64,000 nucleotides of DNA from Pavona decussata (Eukaryota). The stretch is taken from the NCBI GenBank assembly GCA_977016875.1, contig CDRNST010000049.1:5146001-5210000 (forward strand), read 5' to 3'. This document shows, piece by piece, positions 12,050-24,554 of this stretch. The translations under genes and the position numbers were made by a program. The stretch's first letter is position 1; every line of letters begins with the position of its first letter. Under the pieces are notes generated by a model. The model was not told the DNA's origin and did no database searches. It worked only from the letters and a program-made list of their open reading frames with translations.

Positions 12050-13460
12050 AGAAATGGCTGGAACCCTACGAAGCTGATAAAAGAGTAGAAGAAGAACTGA
12101 AGAAAACGCTGGAGGAAAGACTAAGTGGAACAAAGCAAATCAGTGAATGGTAAGTTTACGTGGGATACCGCATAATCACTGAGCCTGTTGCTATAAACAA
12201 ACTGAGGAGGTTAATGTTCACAAAGATTCATTATACTCTACTTTCTAGGTGCAGCTGTGGAAATTGTTAACGCGAACTGTTGCAAAATATAAGCAAATGC
12301 TACTGCTGCCATGAGCTGGATGGATGCGTGGAAACATTCACGAGCGAGTTAGTTGTCCAGGAGCTTTCTAGAGGCAAGGAAATAACATGCATCACGGGCC
12401 ATCCAGGATTCAACCCTGTTTCCCTTCAAAAATGGAGCCTGAGATTGGCAGGCGACAAATACAAGACAAAACAGAACAGGAAATACGGGCAAACAGGATC
12501 GGAGAACAGGTAAAGTATAATGATTATATAATCATCTCAGTAAGCACATGCACAGTTAGCTGTTGCACCTGATCAATACACGAGGTGTGGCAGTCATAAA
12601 ATGTTTATCATTACCTGCGTTTGTATGAAGAATTGTCTTGCTAAGGATCATTGTGTTAGGTACACATGGCAAGTTAAGCACAAAATATTCAATTTGTCAA
12701 ACCCAACCACTAGGAGATGTTGGATTTTCACACTGGAAAAATAATTGAGGACATAATGCCCTACATTCCTGTGCACTGCAAACACTCCAGTCAAATTAAG
12801 CCATCCAATAAAAATGCCATGCCAGATAAAGTGGTCATTTACTATCAATCTCAGATGACTCTGAACAAGGAATATTTGTCATCCCACTGTCCAGATCATT
12901 GAATATAAAATTCTGAGAAAAGCCCTTGTCCATAGGAAGGGTGCCTGTTTATGGGATGCTTGTACAAGGCCAGAACCAGCACGAATGTCCACTTATGGGC
13001 GGTTAAAGTTAGTGTCCTCTTAATGTGAGAGGGTAAAAATGTAGTGTTTGTATGTCACTGCGGCCACGACCGAGTGACCACTTTGGAGATGCGTCCACTT
13101 ATCGCAGGTGGCTAAGACCACTGTACCATAAGCCTTGGAAAACACACCTGCTATTGTTTTGGAGGATATAAATTCTAATGTTTCACAACTCCTCATACTA
13201 GTTTCATTATGCCCAAGAACTAATGTTATCGAAACGCGAGCACAACACTAAAATATTGACTGATCCTTTTATTTTCCACATTTATTCACAGCTTTCTGAG
13301 GAGTGTTTCCTATCGAGAATTTTCTCGTCTGTTGTATGGGTACTTAAAAAACGAGAGAATTCCAATGCCAGTATGCGCGAATACAGCTATCAGGGAAACA
13401 TTTTTGGGTGGCAAGGATGGAGATTACACTGGATTTGATCTGGATGAAGAGGAATCGTGA
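12050..13460 (+). pseudogene. KolX / P2X7 cytoplasmic-ballast-like Cys-rich protein; exons ~12050-12149, 12249-12509, 13292-13460
   Basis: GT-AG splicing gives WCSCGNC*..CYCCHE..CITGHPGF..FLRSVSYREF..YGYL..RIPMPVC..AIRETF..YTGF; AATAAA at ~13506; one in-frame stop. Confidence 0.8.
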
Positions 13461-14613
13461 CTGTACTAAAACTATTTCACTGATGGAAATATACTTGCAT
13501 AACAGAATAAAGCTTTGAAAATGCTCATGCTTTTGTCACACAGTGAATCACAGCTAGTTGATATAATCGGTTCCAGTCTGAGAACAGTGCATAAATTAGT
13601 GAAAGTACAAGCCTAAAAAATAGAAGAATAGAAAACGTTTGAAATTTAAGTTTCTTTTGGTTGATTCTTGGGACAATTCAAAACATTTTTGTGTCCTTTC
13701 ATGGGCTGGGGCTAGGCTGAACACTTGGGGGCACCCTTCGTTCCACGCCTTTGTCTATCAATTAATTCTTGTTCTTTAACTTGAGACACTATAAAATAAA
13801 ACCAAAAACATCCCAAACATATGTAACAAGAGGAAAATTACAGTGTAAAGCAACAAACATATATATTACCCCTTCTAACCTAAAAAAAAAGAAACATAAA
13901 TTAATGAACACGGCAATGGTGCATCAAATTTTTGGGGCTTCGTGGAGCTCAAATAATGAGTTTGACTGGTGGCCTGTATTTCATGTAGGGTTTCCCACTT
14001 TACATGAGTAAAATTCAAGGTTGATAGGTTTTAAAGAAATTATTGGGAATTTAGTGTATATTCACTCGCAGCCACATTTTAGATATAATTTATCATACCT
14101 GGAGTGGTTGGGGGGAACTTCTTCTGCAGTCTTCTTGTTCCTCTAGTCCCTTATCTGCACTGCATCTGCTCTGGATTCCTTTTCCAGCATTGTATTCATC
14201 GGAGCAGGAGTCATCTCCTTCACCTTCTCTGCAGCACTTGTCAATTGCTCTTTAGTGGCCGTTAAGAACGTTTAAAACATTTCTTCAACATAATCTAAAA
14301 ATATATCTGCAAAGGTCATGTAATTTTGTCTCTCTACATAGTCATGGGAGCATGGTGGCCTAGTGGTTAGCATATCAGGCTGAGGGTTAGGACAGATTAC
14401 ACACACATCTAACTAAAGGAGTCCTATTAAACCCAGAAAATAGATTTTCTTTAATTTAGGATATGTCACTTTGACTTGTTCAACACCGTCTGCATTCTCG
14501 CGCCTCGTCTCTCTTGGCAGATTAAAGTTGAAGTGAACAGGAGCAAGAATATGTCTGAAAATGTGTGCAATGCAATTTTTAATTTAGTACCATGTACCTA
14601 TACATATGTCTAT

Positions 14614-16320
14614 GTTATTCTATATTTCGTGGGCATGATACTGGGATACAAAACATTCACGCTAAAACAAAACTAAAAATAAAGCCATTTAGCCGTATGT
14701 AGGTCACAGTTGTATCAGATATTATGTAAACAGTACCTGCAGTACTTCCCAACGTAAGAGAAGGCAATAATTATCCTGAACGCCCTCCCCCTCCCGCGCC
14801 TCAGCCGACAAGATCAAGAGCCAGTGAATCTGTTTGGTCATCTTTTTATTGCAGGAACCAAGAGGGCCTGAGGACTCGAGAGCAGCCCCCAAGCAAGAGA
14901 CGAGGCCCAAACAGATTCACGAGGGGTAGATCAGTCAAGGAAGCCGCAAAGAGGGAAATGAACAGGACAAAGAAAGGAAGAAAACTATGAACAGATTACA
15001 ATCGCGAACGTGCTGTGAAACGATATTACAAAGCACGAGTCTGTCTGCCAAAGGCAAGGATAAGTGCAGCATGTAAGTGTCAGATCTCCAGTCTCCTTGA
15101 GGTTTGATAAGTTCAGACGGAATATTGCACTGAAAGGCGACAGTAGCTCCTCCGCAACTGAGACTGTGACCAGAAAAATCACTAGGATCCAAAGAAATAG
15201 GGATGCTAAATGCTTTATGCCATTGTTCAAAGACTTGCCCGTAATGCAATTAAAGTGGTTTGAGGAAGTTGTGAATGTGAAAAGGGGATGCGTGTCAGAT
15301 GCTGGAACTGCCCGCAGTAAGGAGCTAAGCGCTAACGTAGAGGAGAGCCTGGAATGCGTGGAATCGGAACAACGAGTGCAGTATTGCCAGACTGACGGGT
15401 CTTGGTCCGTGTAACTGTTAGAAGAGTGCCAGAACCGGTAAACGTAACGCTGCCTCTCAATAATGCATTGTGTGGAGAAAACTTGCCAAGAGAAGAAGGG
15501 ACCAGGTTGGCTGTCCTGAAGAATGTGAAGAAACCGACGACAAAGGCAGACCACAAGGCAAGATTGGACAAGTCACGGATGTTAAGATGGGCGTGAAACT
15601 GCAACAAGATCAGAAGAGTGAGAGGAGCCTTGCGATGAGGAACATGAACCATCGAGTTCTCCAAACCTTTCTGAGTTAATTTGTCCTGGATATCATCAAA
15701 GGCAGTGACGTCGAAATTGCCAAGGATTTGTAAACGCTGGAGAGCGTTGAGGTAATTATTGATGGTATGATGGGATTCGACTGAACAACTGACCAAGACG
15801 ATGAAGACGGCAATGGCAGATGGAGACGCAGGAAATGGTGCAAGGGAGTAAAAGTGACAAAACTTCATGTAAGTGTTGCACCTTTGACAAAGAGCGCACC
15901 TTTGACTGGGCCTCTAACTCCAGCAAACGGATCTCGAGTTGTTGCTTCTCGATTTGAAGATTGAGGACCTGTAACTCTGCGGAAGAGTCAGGCGATTGAA
16001 TCGGCGATTGTGAACCTCGTGGTGTGATGGCATAGACGATTGGCGCGGGATTTATGGTCGGCATGCTGTTTGGTGGCGGCAATAGAGAAGGCAAATCGTA
16101 TATGAAACCAGTGGGCAGATGCGGAGCCTTAATTTGAGGCTTCCCAGTAGCTCGGGACATAACAAGCGAAGAAAATTCAGCGAAACGGAAAACAGCTAAA
16201 TCAAACAGCTCTATGACCGAGCAAATGAAACTAAAGGTGATCGAATTACTCAGTTCAATCAGTCAACGCCAGGCGGAAATGGCGTGGGGTTCTAAGGGTT
16301 ATTAAGTTATTCCTCTGGAA
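14614..16320 (-). mobile_element. Internally deleted DIRS/Ngaro-like element (gag 5' part joined to YR; no RT or RNase H)
   Basis: MSRATG..LQVLNLQIEKQQLEIRLL runs into YR motifs FFTFFRTANL, RTKTRQ, GHSLSCGGA, LIKPQGDWRSD. Sits inside the Kolobok exon just after FAPKM. Confidence 0.8.
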
Positions 16321-17629
16321 TATAAACCATTTTGGGAGCAAAATGATTTAAGACTCAATGGAACCCTTCCAAACAACTTGTTTGTGCAAAGGGTGATGCC
16401 TGCTTGATTCCCTTTACCAGGCTGTTGTTCGTCAATGCAGCAGATAGTTTCTCATATGCATCAGACCCTAACAGGAATTAACAACAAATTCAAGCATGAG
16501 TCAGAAAATAGCTTTTGTACAGTTGTAATGATCTTACTACAGTATTTCTGTGATGGCAATGTTGCCTCTAGAAGACCTTCTAGTTTGAACAATACCAACT
16601 TATTAGACTGGTTTCCTGGTTGGAGGGTATAGATTTTGATCATTATGGTCTGAAAATGGGTATGGTTTCCAGGGGACTCCAAGAGGGTATAAACATTCCT
16701 TCGTTGGCTTTCACTTCTGTTGACTTTAGTCAGGTCTGACAATGGGTATGGATTTTAGAGGCTATGCCTGAATTCTGAGATAAATACCAACATTTAGCTA
16801 TTTCCTTGGTTGAATCACACCATGGAAGCACTTGTTGAATAATGCATCAGAGAGACCAGAGTGCTTGTCCACAATGTGACTCAGAAAAGACTTGAACTTG
16901 GCCCAAATCACTTCTCCATTTCCACTAAATGTCGTCGTCGCACTCCAATACAAGTGGTTTTCACATGGCCTGATCCACTCAGCCAATGCTTCAAGGCCCT
17001 ACTCTTTAGACAACTTTAAAAGAACCTCCGAATTTCTAGGAAGAAAATAACACAAGAAAGTATGGCAGATGCTGGCACCTGATCTATTTCTAACAAACCG
17101 ATCACAGTCAAATGTGCAATCAGTATCCAACTGAAACTGACATAACTCAAAATGAGGGAATGTGAGATTCAAAAAATAATTATGATATTTTGATGAAGAC
17201 TGGTTAAACTGCATGCCCTCCTGATTTTGCAAGGTTTTGTGAGCCAGGTATTACTAGCATATAATAATTTTGTCTTGTTATTAGCGAACAAAAACCTTAC
17301 TCTTTTTAAGATGCCACAATTATGTCAAAGTAGTGCGTGATGTTTGGCAACTTCTTCATGTGAGCAGCTATGGAGATATGTCTGTCCGAGACGAATGCTG
17401 TCAAGAGAAGACCATATCCAGGAAAGTACTCCATGCAGAATTGGAACCCCATATACTCCATGGCAGGGTTGCTCCCAGCTTGATTTCTCTGTTGATTAAT
17501 GTTCAAATAAAATAAGTGCAATGATGTGCATGAATACTGAAGTGAATGCAACTAAAAACACTTACGATGGAACAATGCAGCTTTCAGACTCAGTGTGAAA
17601 GATGTAATTCGTGCAGTGTCATTATCAAT

Positions 17630-17765
17630 GTAAGCAGTTGAAAAGAAGCCTGAAAAAGTTCACTTGACACGGGACTCAAACCGATGGCCTAGACTGAGAT
17701 ACTAGTGCACTGCAGTCGTACCTCAGTATAGGCCGGGGTTTAAATCCCATGTCAAGCCTGAATTT
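17630..17765. repeat. Degenerate hairpin of tRNA-derived SINE arms in a Kolobok intron
   Basis: CTTGACACGGGACTCAAACC..GGCCTA pairs with TAGGCCGGGGTTTAAATCCCATGTCAAG; the arm sequence resembles 59185-59400. Confidence 0.55.
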
Positions 17766-20321
17766 AAGGAATAAGCGACTCCCTTAACTGAACAAGACAA
17801 AAGTGCAAAATCATAGGTAGAGTGCAGCAAAATATGGTGTAAGCACCATACTTTGCAGAGTGGCCCATACTATCAGGCCTCCCATCCCCTGCAATGATGA
17901 TGCCATCTTGCAGAGCTTTCACTTTGTCAAGCATCTTCTGGTACCTCTCCTAATATAACTGAATTGTTGGAAACAGCTTTCTCTGTGGGGAAAATAACAC
18001 AGGCCCGCAGTAAGTTCTATGGGATACTTATATAGGATACATGATCCTACCTGAAATGAACGTTTGAGAAGACGCAGATTTGCTACATAGTAATTTATCA
18101 AATATTAGAATAACATTTTTAGAGATAGACATCACAAAGCTGTGGGTCCTAGTTAATCTGTACCCATTTTCAGACCAAAATGCCCCCCCCCCCCCCCCCC
18201 ATTACTCACCCTCTGACATTTGAAGAATGTATTCAGTGAGATGCATCCAATTGAGAAAACACTTTAGATGGGGAACCTCCAGCAAGCAAAATCGACATGC
18301 AAAGAAGGAAGTTCCCAGCAGGTAACTTGGTTTCTGGAATGGCTGGCTGACTATGCCAAGTACGTTGCGGTTTGGAGCACTTTGGATTTGTACAAGTACT
18401 TGTTATCACTGCCTCGGTGCCAACCTGTTGGACATCCACTATTGGGTTGTCAGCTTTACAGCTATGACAAAACCCAAACAACAACAGCAACTGTGACAGG
18501 AACACAATATGTTTGGGCTCTGTCCATAGGTTTGCCCCTTGTGATGTCATTGAGATTCTGTAACAAAAATGTAAGTATCAGGAGTGGAATAATTCATAAT
18601 AGTACAACCTTTTGGAATAAAGAATGCTATATATCACTGACTGCAGACATTTTCTTGGGGTTTTTCATTACAACAAGCATCATGAACAAATATCTTGCAC
18701 AATCTACCACCTTTTATGAAAGAGAAACCTTATGGGGACTAAAATCTATCAATGAGACCAGTGGAAAAGCTCCCTGCCAAATTGTACATGTCCTCACTTT
18801 TAAGAAAACTCGATATAAAAAATAATTCAATAGGGGCCTGCTGCAAAAGTCTAGAAATAAATTGTAAATATAAACCCAACATCAACTTATTGGCAAATAC
18901 CTTTGAGTTTTAGTGGCACTACCATCATCCCCATCTTCTGACTCAGCCTCTGCCTCTGTTGTGGTATGCTCCTCCTCTGTCTCATATGGGTTGTCGTCCA
19001 CCTCATTGGGTTCCTCGTCACTGGGATCTCCACCCTCCAGTTCTTCCTGCTCCTCACTAGGTAACACAGCTGCAGTGGTGTTCTAATCCTGTGCAACAAC
19101 TTGAGTCTGCAATTCTGGGTGTATATGTAAACAAACAAAAGTGAGGTTTTAATGTGTTTATTATTAGATGCATATAGATAAGTTCATCAGTTGCTGTAGC
19201 ACGAAGCGACGTACATCACATGGTTACATTATACCTCATAGATTAGAATTGGAAATGTGTAACTTTGGAGAAGGACTTCATCAATAATTATATGCTAATT
19301 ACTTTATCATAGGTTCTGGTGCGTTTCTTGACTCTCTTGATAGTTTCATTGCTGTCTCCTGAACGCCAGCATCTTTCATCCCCTTTTCTGTAACAATGTG
19401 TTCACTCAGTTCGCTGTTGGGACGCTTTCGCCTTTACCTCGAGGGCCTTTGAACAACAGCAACATCACTCAGTCCAGCGACAGCCTTGAAGCTTTCCAGC
19501 GCTTTTTTTATAGTCTGAAATTATAAAAAGTAAAGCAATGGATTCGGTGGAAATATCTGGAAAGCTGGAAACAAATTATCTTAATGGCACAAAGTTACGA
19601 TCACACAAGTGGTCGTAAGAAGACATGATAACACAACAGCATAAACATTAAAGATCGATTATCTCACCTTCCGTCTGCTCCAATCACTCTCTCCACAATC
19701 TTGTTGAATGGATTGTTGGAAAAGGTACCATTCCAAAGTCGTCCTTTATCAATCTTTTTTGCAGGTCTGCACCTGCGAACATTTTTGTGTAATCTTCTGG
19801 CTTAAAATGGGCTGAGCACAGATGCGAGTGTTAGGTGGGTTCCCACCTTGCTTGTTCAATTTTACAAAATTGACCCATTTCTTTGATTACTTCTGAGCTT
19901 CGGGATCTGGTGTATGTAAAGACCTTTTTTGGGATTGGACTCGTTTCTGCAGCCAGCAGCAACACAAGTATTTGACATTTTGAATTCTGAGTAGCGTGAC
20001 AAGCAAGCTACTCAGTGAAATTCCTACAGAATGAGGGTAATCGAAGGCCTAGTTTGAAGTCACGGCCTGAACTCGGTCCCAGGTCCCACTGGCTAGGTGG
20101 CGGGAAAAAACCATTTGAATTTTTCATGACTTTGATGGTCAATAAAAAATAGAGAATTTATGCAAAAAAACCCCAATTTTTTCGACATTTTTCTTCAAAA
20201 ATAGAGGCGATTTCATCTAGTGAAGAACATTTTTAAGGGTTATAGGCACTTTAATTCCCTATAGATGCTTTTAGACAACGCTTTGTCGATGAAAAGATCT
20301 TGATTATTTAAAACAATGATA

Positions 20322-20390
20322 GTAATAATAATAATAATTTAATTCTTATATTGTGCACTTTCCATGAAATGATCAAGCGCGCATTACATG
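20322..20390 (-). repeat. L2-type LINE/SINE 3' tail
   Basis: Minus strand TGTAATGCGCGCTTGATCATTTCATGGAAAGTGCACAATATAAG followed by (TTA)n. Confidence 0.55.
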
Positions 20391-20474
20391 ACTTCTATCT
20401 ACAATGGTTAAATATAATTATATATAATTAAATACAGAGTATCTAAAGAACTTGAATTTGATCATGAAGAATAA

Positions 20475-21335
20475 ATGGTATTTTATTTTTTGGATCTTAA
20501 GTATCTTAATTTAAATATACCAATTGATTTCTATAAGGATACACTTTTAATCTGGCAAACATTGAATCAACATTCCCCTCAAACCAAAGAAAAAATACTA
20601 GAGAAAATCATCTGGAATAACATGTTTATTAAAATAGAAGGCCTGTCCGTATATTACAGAGAATGGCGCAATGCTGGAAACACTAGAGTTAAAGATGTCT
20701 TCAACTAAAACAAATTCCTTGCCCCTGACGTGTTTAGTAACAAGTTTTCTTTGAAATCTTCCAACTTTCTGAATTATCTCGCATTGTGTAGCACGATCCC
20801 CCGAGATTGGATTCGAATATTGAAAGACACCCACAAAACTTCTGTTCCGGTCCCAGACACTCTCAACACGATATCCATAAATAAGATTTCTTGCAAAATA
20901 GCGACCCAGAGTTTAATTGCCAAAACTTTCAACCTCCAACTGCTGAAAGGAGAATGAGGCAAGCAAACGTAGATGACAATATTCCATTTAATGTCACTAA
21001 AGATATTAAACTCGCCATTTTTCAATACAAAGTCGTGCACCATATTCTGCCAACTAACGCAACTTTATTTAGAGATAAAATTAAAGAGAAGGATAAATGC
21101 CATCTTTGCGAACAAAAACAAACACTAACCCACTTATTTATATCTTGTTCATTTGTCAAAAACTTTTGGACAGAATTTACAAATTGGTGGATTACAAGAA
21201 ATGACGATTCTATAGAGCTCAACGAAGAAAATATTATCTATGGCTTCACTAACAGTATCGCGCTGCAACTTGGCCTGAACCTCAGTTTAATAATTGCGAA
21301 ATATTACATTTACATTGCCTCGAGAGAAGAAGACC
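20475..21335 (+). pseudogene. L1/Tx1-clade LINE ORF2 C-terminal fragment (zf-RVT)
   Basis: FYKD.L..W, IIWNN, FQYKVVHHILPTN, CHLCE...TLTHLFISC, IAKYYIY. Confidence 0.85.
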
Positions 21336-21339
21336 CTTA

Positions 21340-22810
21340 TACAATACAAATGAATTTATTGTTCCATATGACAGTGTTGGATATTTCTTGATTTTACATT
21401 TCAATTTCACCCTCATGCAGCTGTGGAACATTGTGTGAAACACTTTAAACATTTCTGGTAAAAGTTTGGAAGATTTATAGGGAGTCTTTTAACATCAAAA
21501 TCACAACAGAGAATAATTTCATCCACAACTGGTTTCAGGTAGTGTGACAAAATTGTTTTCCAAGCACAAGGTTCTTCATCTGCAAATCTCTTGCAAAGCA
21601 TTATTCTTTGGGTGTTAATAATAGATTCTAAATGCGGGGCTTTCATTCCACCATCTTTAGTGTCACCAATTAGGGACGATCGTTTTACATTGTCTTTGCC
21701 TTTCAATATAAAATCAAAGATGATCTTATTGACCTCAGTTATAACTTCTTTATCAATGTAAATTGAACCAGCTCGATACATTAACATCGGAATCACAAAG
21801 GTTTTTATAATCTAAATTCGCCCGATGATTGTCAGATTCCTCCATTTCCATAATTAGAGTTTTGTTTTGATGGCACCTATTATTTCTATGAAGTTAAGCT
21901 TCTGTTTCAGAGGACGGGTTATACATGAAGTACACTCCTAGAATTTTCACTGTTTCCTTAATCTCAGTGTTCACTGTACTTCGATCTTTAATGGGGGCGA
22001 TAATAGAGTTCCCCAGAACCAAAATTTCTGTTTTATCAAAATTTATGATAAGGCCCGAGACGTTCCCAAACTTCTTAACAGCTTCAAGGAATATGCTTAG
22101 GGATTCGTCTTGTCTTAAGAACGCAGTTAAGGTATCTGCAAAGAGCTCAAGTTTAATTTCAGTCCCATCCACAATAATTCCTTGAATATTGTCATTTTTA
22201 CGTAAACTAATACCTAAAATTTCAAGGACAATAATGAACAGGTACGGAGAAAGTGGATCTCCTTGTCTCACACCTCCTTGTATCTCAAAAGTTCCAGTAG
22301 AGAAACCGTTGTTGAGAGCACAGCTTGAACTATTTGGGTAAAATTTATGTACCAATTTCTGCCTTCTTGCATTAGCTTTTTCTTTACTATACTTTATTGT
22401 CACTTGCCTTATTCGGTATTTAATTAAGTCCCAAAGCACTCTCTTATCGTTAACCTCAATAAATTCCAATAAGATAGACTATGCCTCTGTTCTTCTATGC
22501 TATTAAAATGAAGCACTATAGGCAAGTGGTCTGAATTTATGGAGGGAATTATGTCAACATTTTCTATTTCTTCCTGTTACAAATCACTCAACAGCCAGTA
22601 ATCCACTCTCTGTTGAATAATAGGACTTTTTGCCTCCAGGTAAAACGTTTGCATTCTGGGTTTCAACGCACCAAATATCTACTTAATCAACGTTTAAACA
22701 TATATCTTGAATATACTTTACAGAATCTTCCTTTGTAAGGTTGCTACCTGAACCATCCCATTCCAGATCTAGAACCCCATTATAATCGCTGCCCAGTACA
22801 ATCTTTTTGT
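21340..22810 (-). pseudogene. Second L1/Tx1-clade LINE ORF2 fragment (endonuclease end and RT, internally deleted)
   Basis: VLGSDYN..LD, WDLIKY.IR, GVRQGDPLSPYLF, LFAD, KILGV, DGGMKAP, IWNNKFI. Confidence 0.85.
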
Positions 22811-22814
22811 CAGC

Positions 22815-23366
22815 GCTTACGTGAGACTTCTCTACGCGAAACTTCTCTTCTCTGCGCAATTCCGCTACGTAAGCATCGATTCCTTGGTCACTCCTTGTGC
22901 CCTTGTCTTGAACACATGCCGCTCGTAAGTTACATTCTTCGGCGTACAATATTCCTCAAACTTCTTGATCATGACATCTATCTTCACCTTGTCTTCCTCG
23001 CTGAGACCAAATGTATTAAAGATTTCCAACGCCTTCTCTCCTGCAACTGTTAGCAAAGTCGAACATTTCACTTGCGCTGGTTTCTTGTTGAAGCCTGTCG
23101 CGTTGAGATGAATCCTAAATTGCTGGATCCAACGTCTCCAATTCTCTGCAATGTTTCCTACAAATGATAGTGGCTTCGGTGGTGGCAGTTGATTCACTAT
23201 TTTCAGGTGTCTGACACCATGTTATGCTTTTGTTTTCCAGAATACAAAAAAACACATTCAAGATTGCTGTACAATCTACAACTCTAGTTTATTCACTAAA
23301 GTGAGGGAATACATAACAGCACTAGCACATGTCCTTATAAAGACTGGTAACTAGTATTTCACAACA
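22815..23366 (-). mobile_element. Gypsy-type LTR retrotransposon 5' piece: LTR (23220-23366), PBS (23210-23219), gag fragment
   Basis: 147-bp TGTT...AACA LTR with AATAAA, followed by TGGTGTCAGA (tRNA-Leu-type PBS) and gag NIAENWRRWIQQF..KNVTYERHVF. Confidence 0.88.
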
Positions 23367-23369
23367 ATT

Positions 23370-24356
23370 ACCTTTTCCTAATTTGCCATATCACCATAGG
23401 ATGTACTGTCTGTAAGCTGCCTTCCGGAAACTGCTCATGCTGTAGTCTGGATCTTCAGCATGTATTTCACATTGTGCACGTACAGCCAAACGTAAAACTT
23501 CTCTGTCAAGACAAATGTTTCTAAATGGCTCGTAGGAAGTCACGCACCTTGCTTTTCGACAGCACTTGTTCTCAACATCGTTCCCCATGTCTCTACAAAC
23601 CGAACATTTTCATAAGTCTGGTCGACCTTCTTCTTCGGATTGTGGCTCTCCATTGTTTTGTGCTGCTGTAAGCTGCATGGCAAATTCCAAACAACCTCGT
23701 CCATTACTCAGAAGCTCCATACGAAAGGTGTTCTTCTGAGCCTCAGAAATACTTCAAAAGAATTTTTAAGGGAGAAACAACGAATTTTCGCAGTTCTGTA
23801 GCCTAACTGCCCAGAAAAAAACAAAATACAACAAGGAAAATGTAGTTTCACAGTTACTAACAGGAGGTGAAAAGCCTAGCAAAACAAGAAAACTCAGAAA
23901 CTATAATTCTTGATTCAAATGCACCAAAATGACATAAGAAGTAAGAATATTATAACTGTTTGGGATGCTCACCTTGATTTCCTCATTCGAATCACATTCT
24001 TTGTTTCGATGCCGATCAAATGCACTTGCAGGTAGGTTTCCTCGCACAATATTGCTCTCTTTGTTGTTTTTACAAGGTTTCTTGTCTTCACACTTATAAA
24101 TAAAGTGGCATTGCAAACCTTCATCTTGACATGGACAGCCGTGGTATTTCCCAGATTTCTTTGAACGCGTTGTTGAACAGCTGCAAGTCTAAGAGGTAAA
24201 ATAAACTATAGACATTTAGGGATATTTTCGTTCAAGATGTCGTAAAATAATTTATCTAATTTTCTACCCACCATGCAGTTTAGTGGGACCGAAATTGGCT
24301 GACTTGTCGCTGAATCAGTCAAAGCAGCTTGTAATATTCGACTCCCCGGACGCCAT
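23370..24356 (-). pseudogene. Second P2X7-ballast/KolX-like gene with an upstream CXC-like exon, cut by the LTR
   Basis: KCSVC..ENKCC...CVT...F..ICLD..FRKAAYRQYILW*YGKLGKGN; upstream TCSC..GCPC..GLQC..KC..PCKN. Confidence 0.7.
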
Positions 24357-24499
24357 TTGAGAGTTTGGTTGTCCACCAGCATGGCGGACGAGAATGACGT
24401 AAAGAAATTTTGACACGTGGTTGAAAACAAAGACTTCTTCACTGTCAATTTGATATTAGGAAATTACCAATCTCTTGGCCATTTTTTTATTTATTTTGT

Positions 24500-24554
24500 T
24501 CTTACGCACATTACGAAAATTAAAACACTTTACAGACTTCCACCTACCTAAGAG
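24500..24554 (+). pseudogene. L2/CR1-like RT C-terminal fragment, left part (continues at 38041)
   Basis: LRTLRKLKHFTDFHLPKR joins in frame to LARSLVLSRLDY after removing 24555-38040 and one TSD copy. Confidence 0.75.

Larger units (their letters stand above)
13646..19978 (-). pseudogene. Multi-exon Kolobok transposase (THAP, DDE, H2CH)
   Basis: MSNTCVAAGC..HLCSAHF (THAP); WHSQP..AGNFLL; GDGRPDSMGHSAKYG (D1); VSDRH (D2); NHLYW..H...H..CFH; QTSCLEGFH*VLNHFAPK (E); RHILA..HFN; C-terminal PMKGH..C. Confidence 0.85.
12000..20250 (-). mobile_element. Kolobok DNA transposon (degenerate; left terminus not identified, left boundary approximate)
   Basis: Terminus TTAA|AGTGCCTAT on the minus strand at 20250, a spliced THAP-DDE transposase, and a convergent second gene. 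Confidence 0.75.

Noticed and set aside
14856-14908. CTGAGGA suggesting a hammerhead ribozyme core
   Set aside because: No GAAA after a stem II, and it lies antisense to the element.
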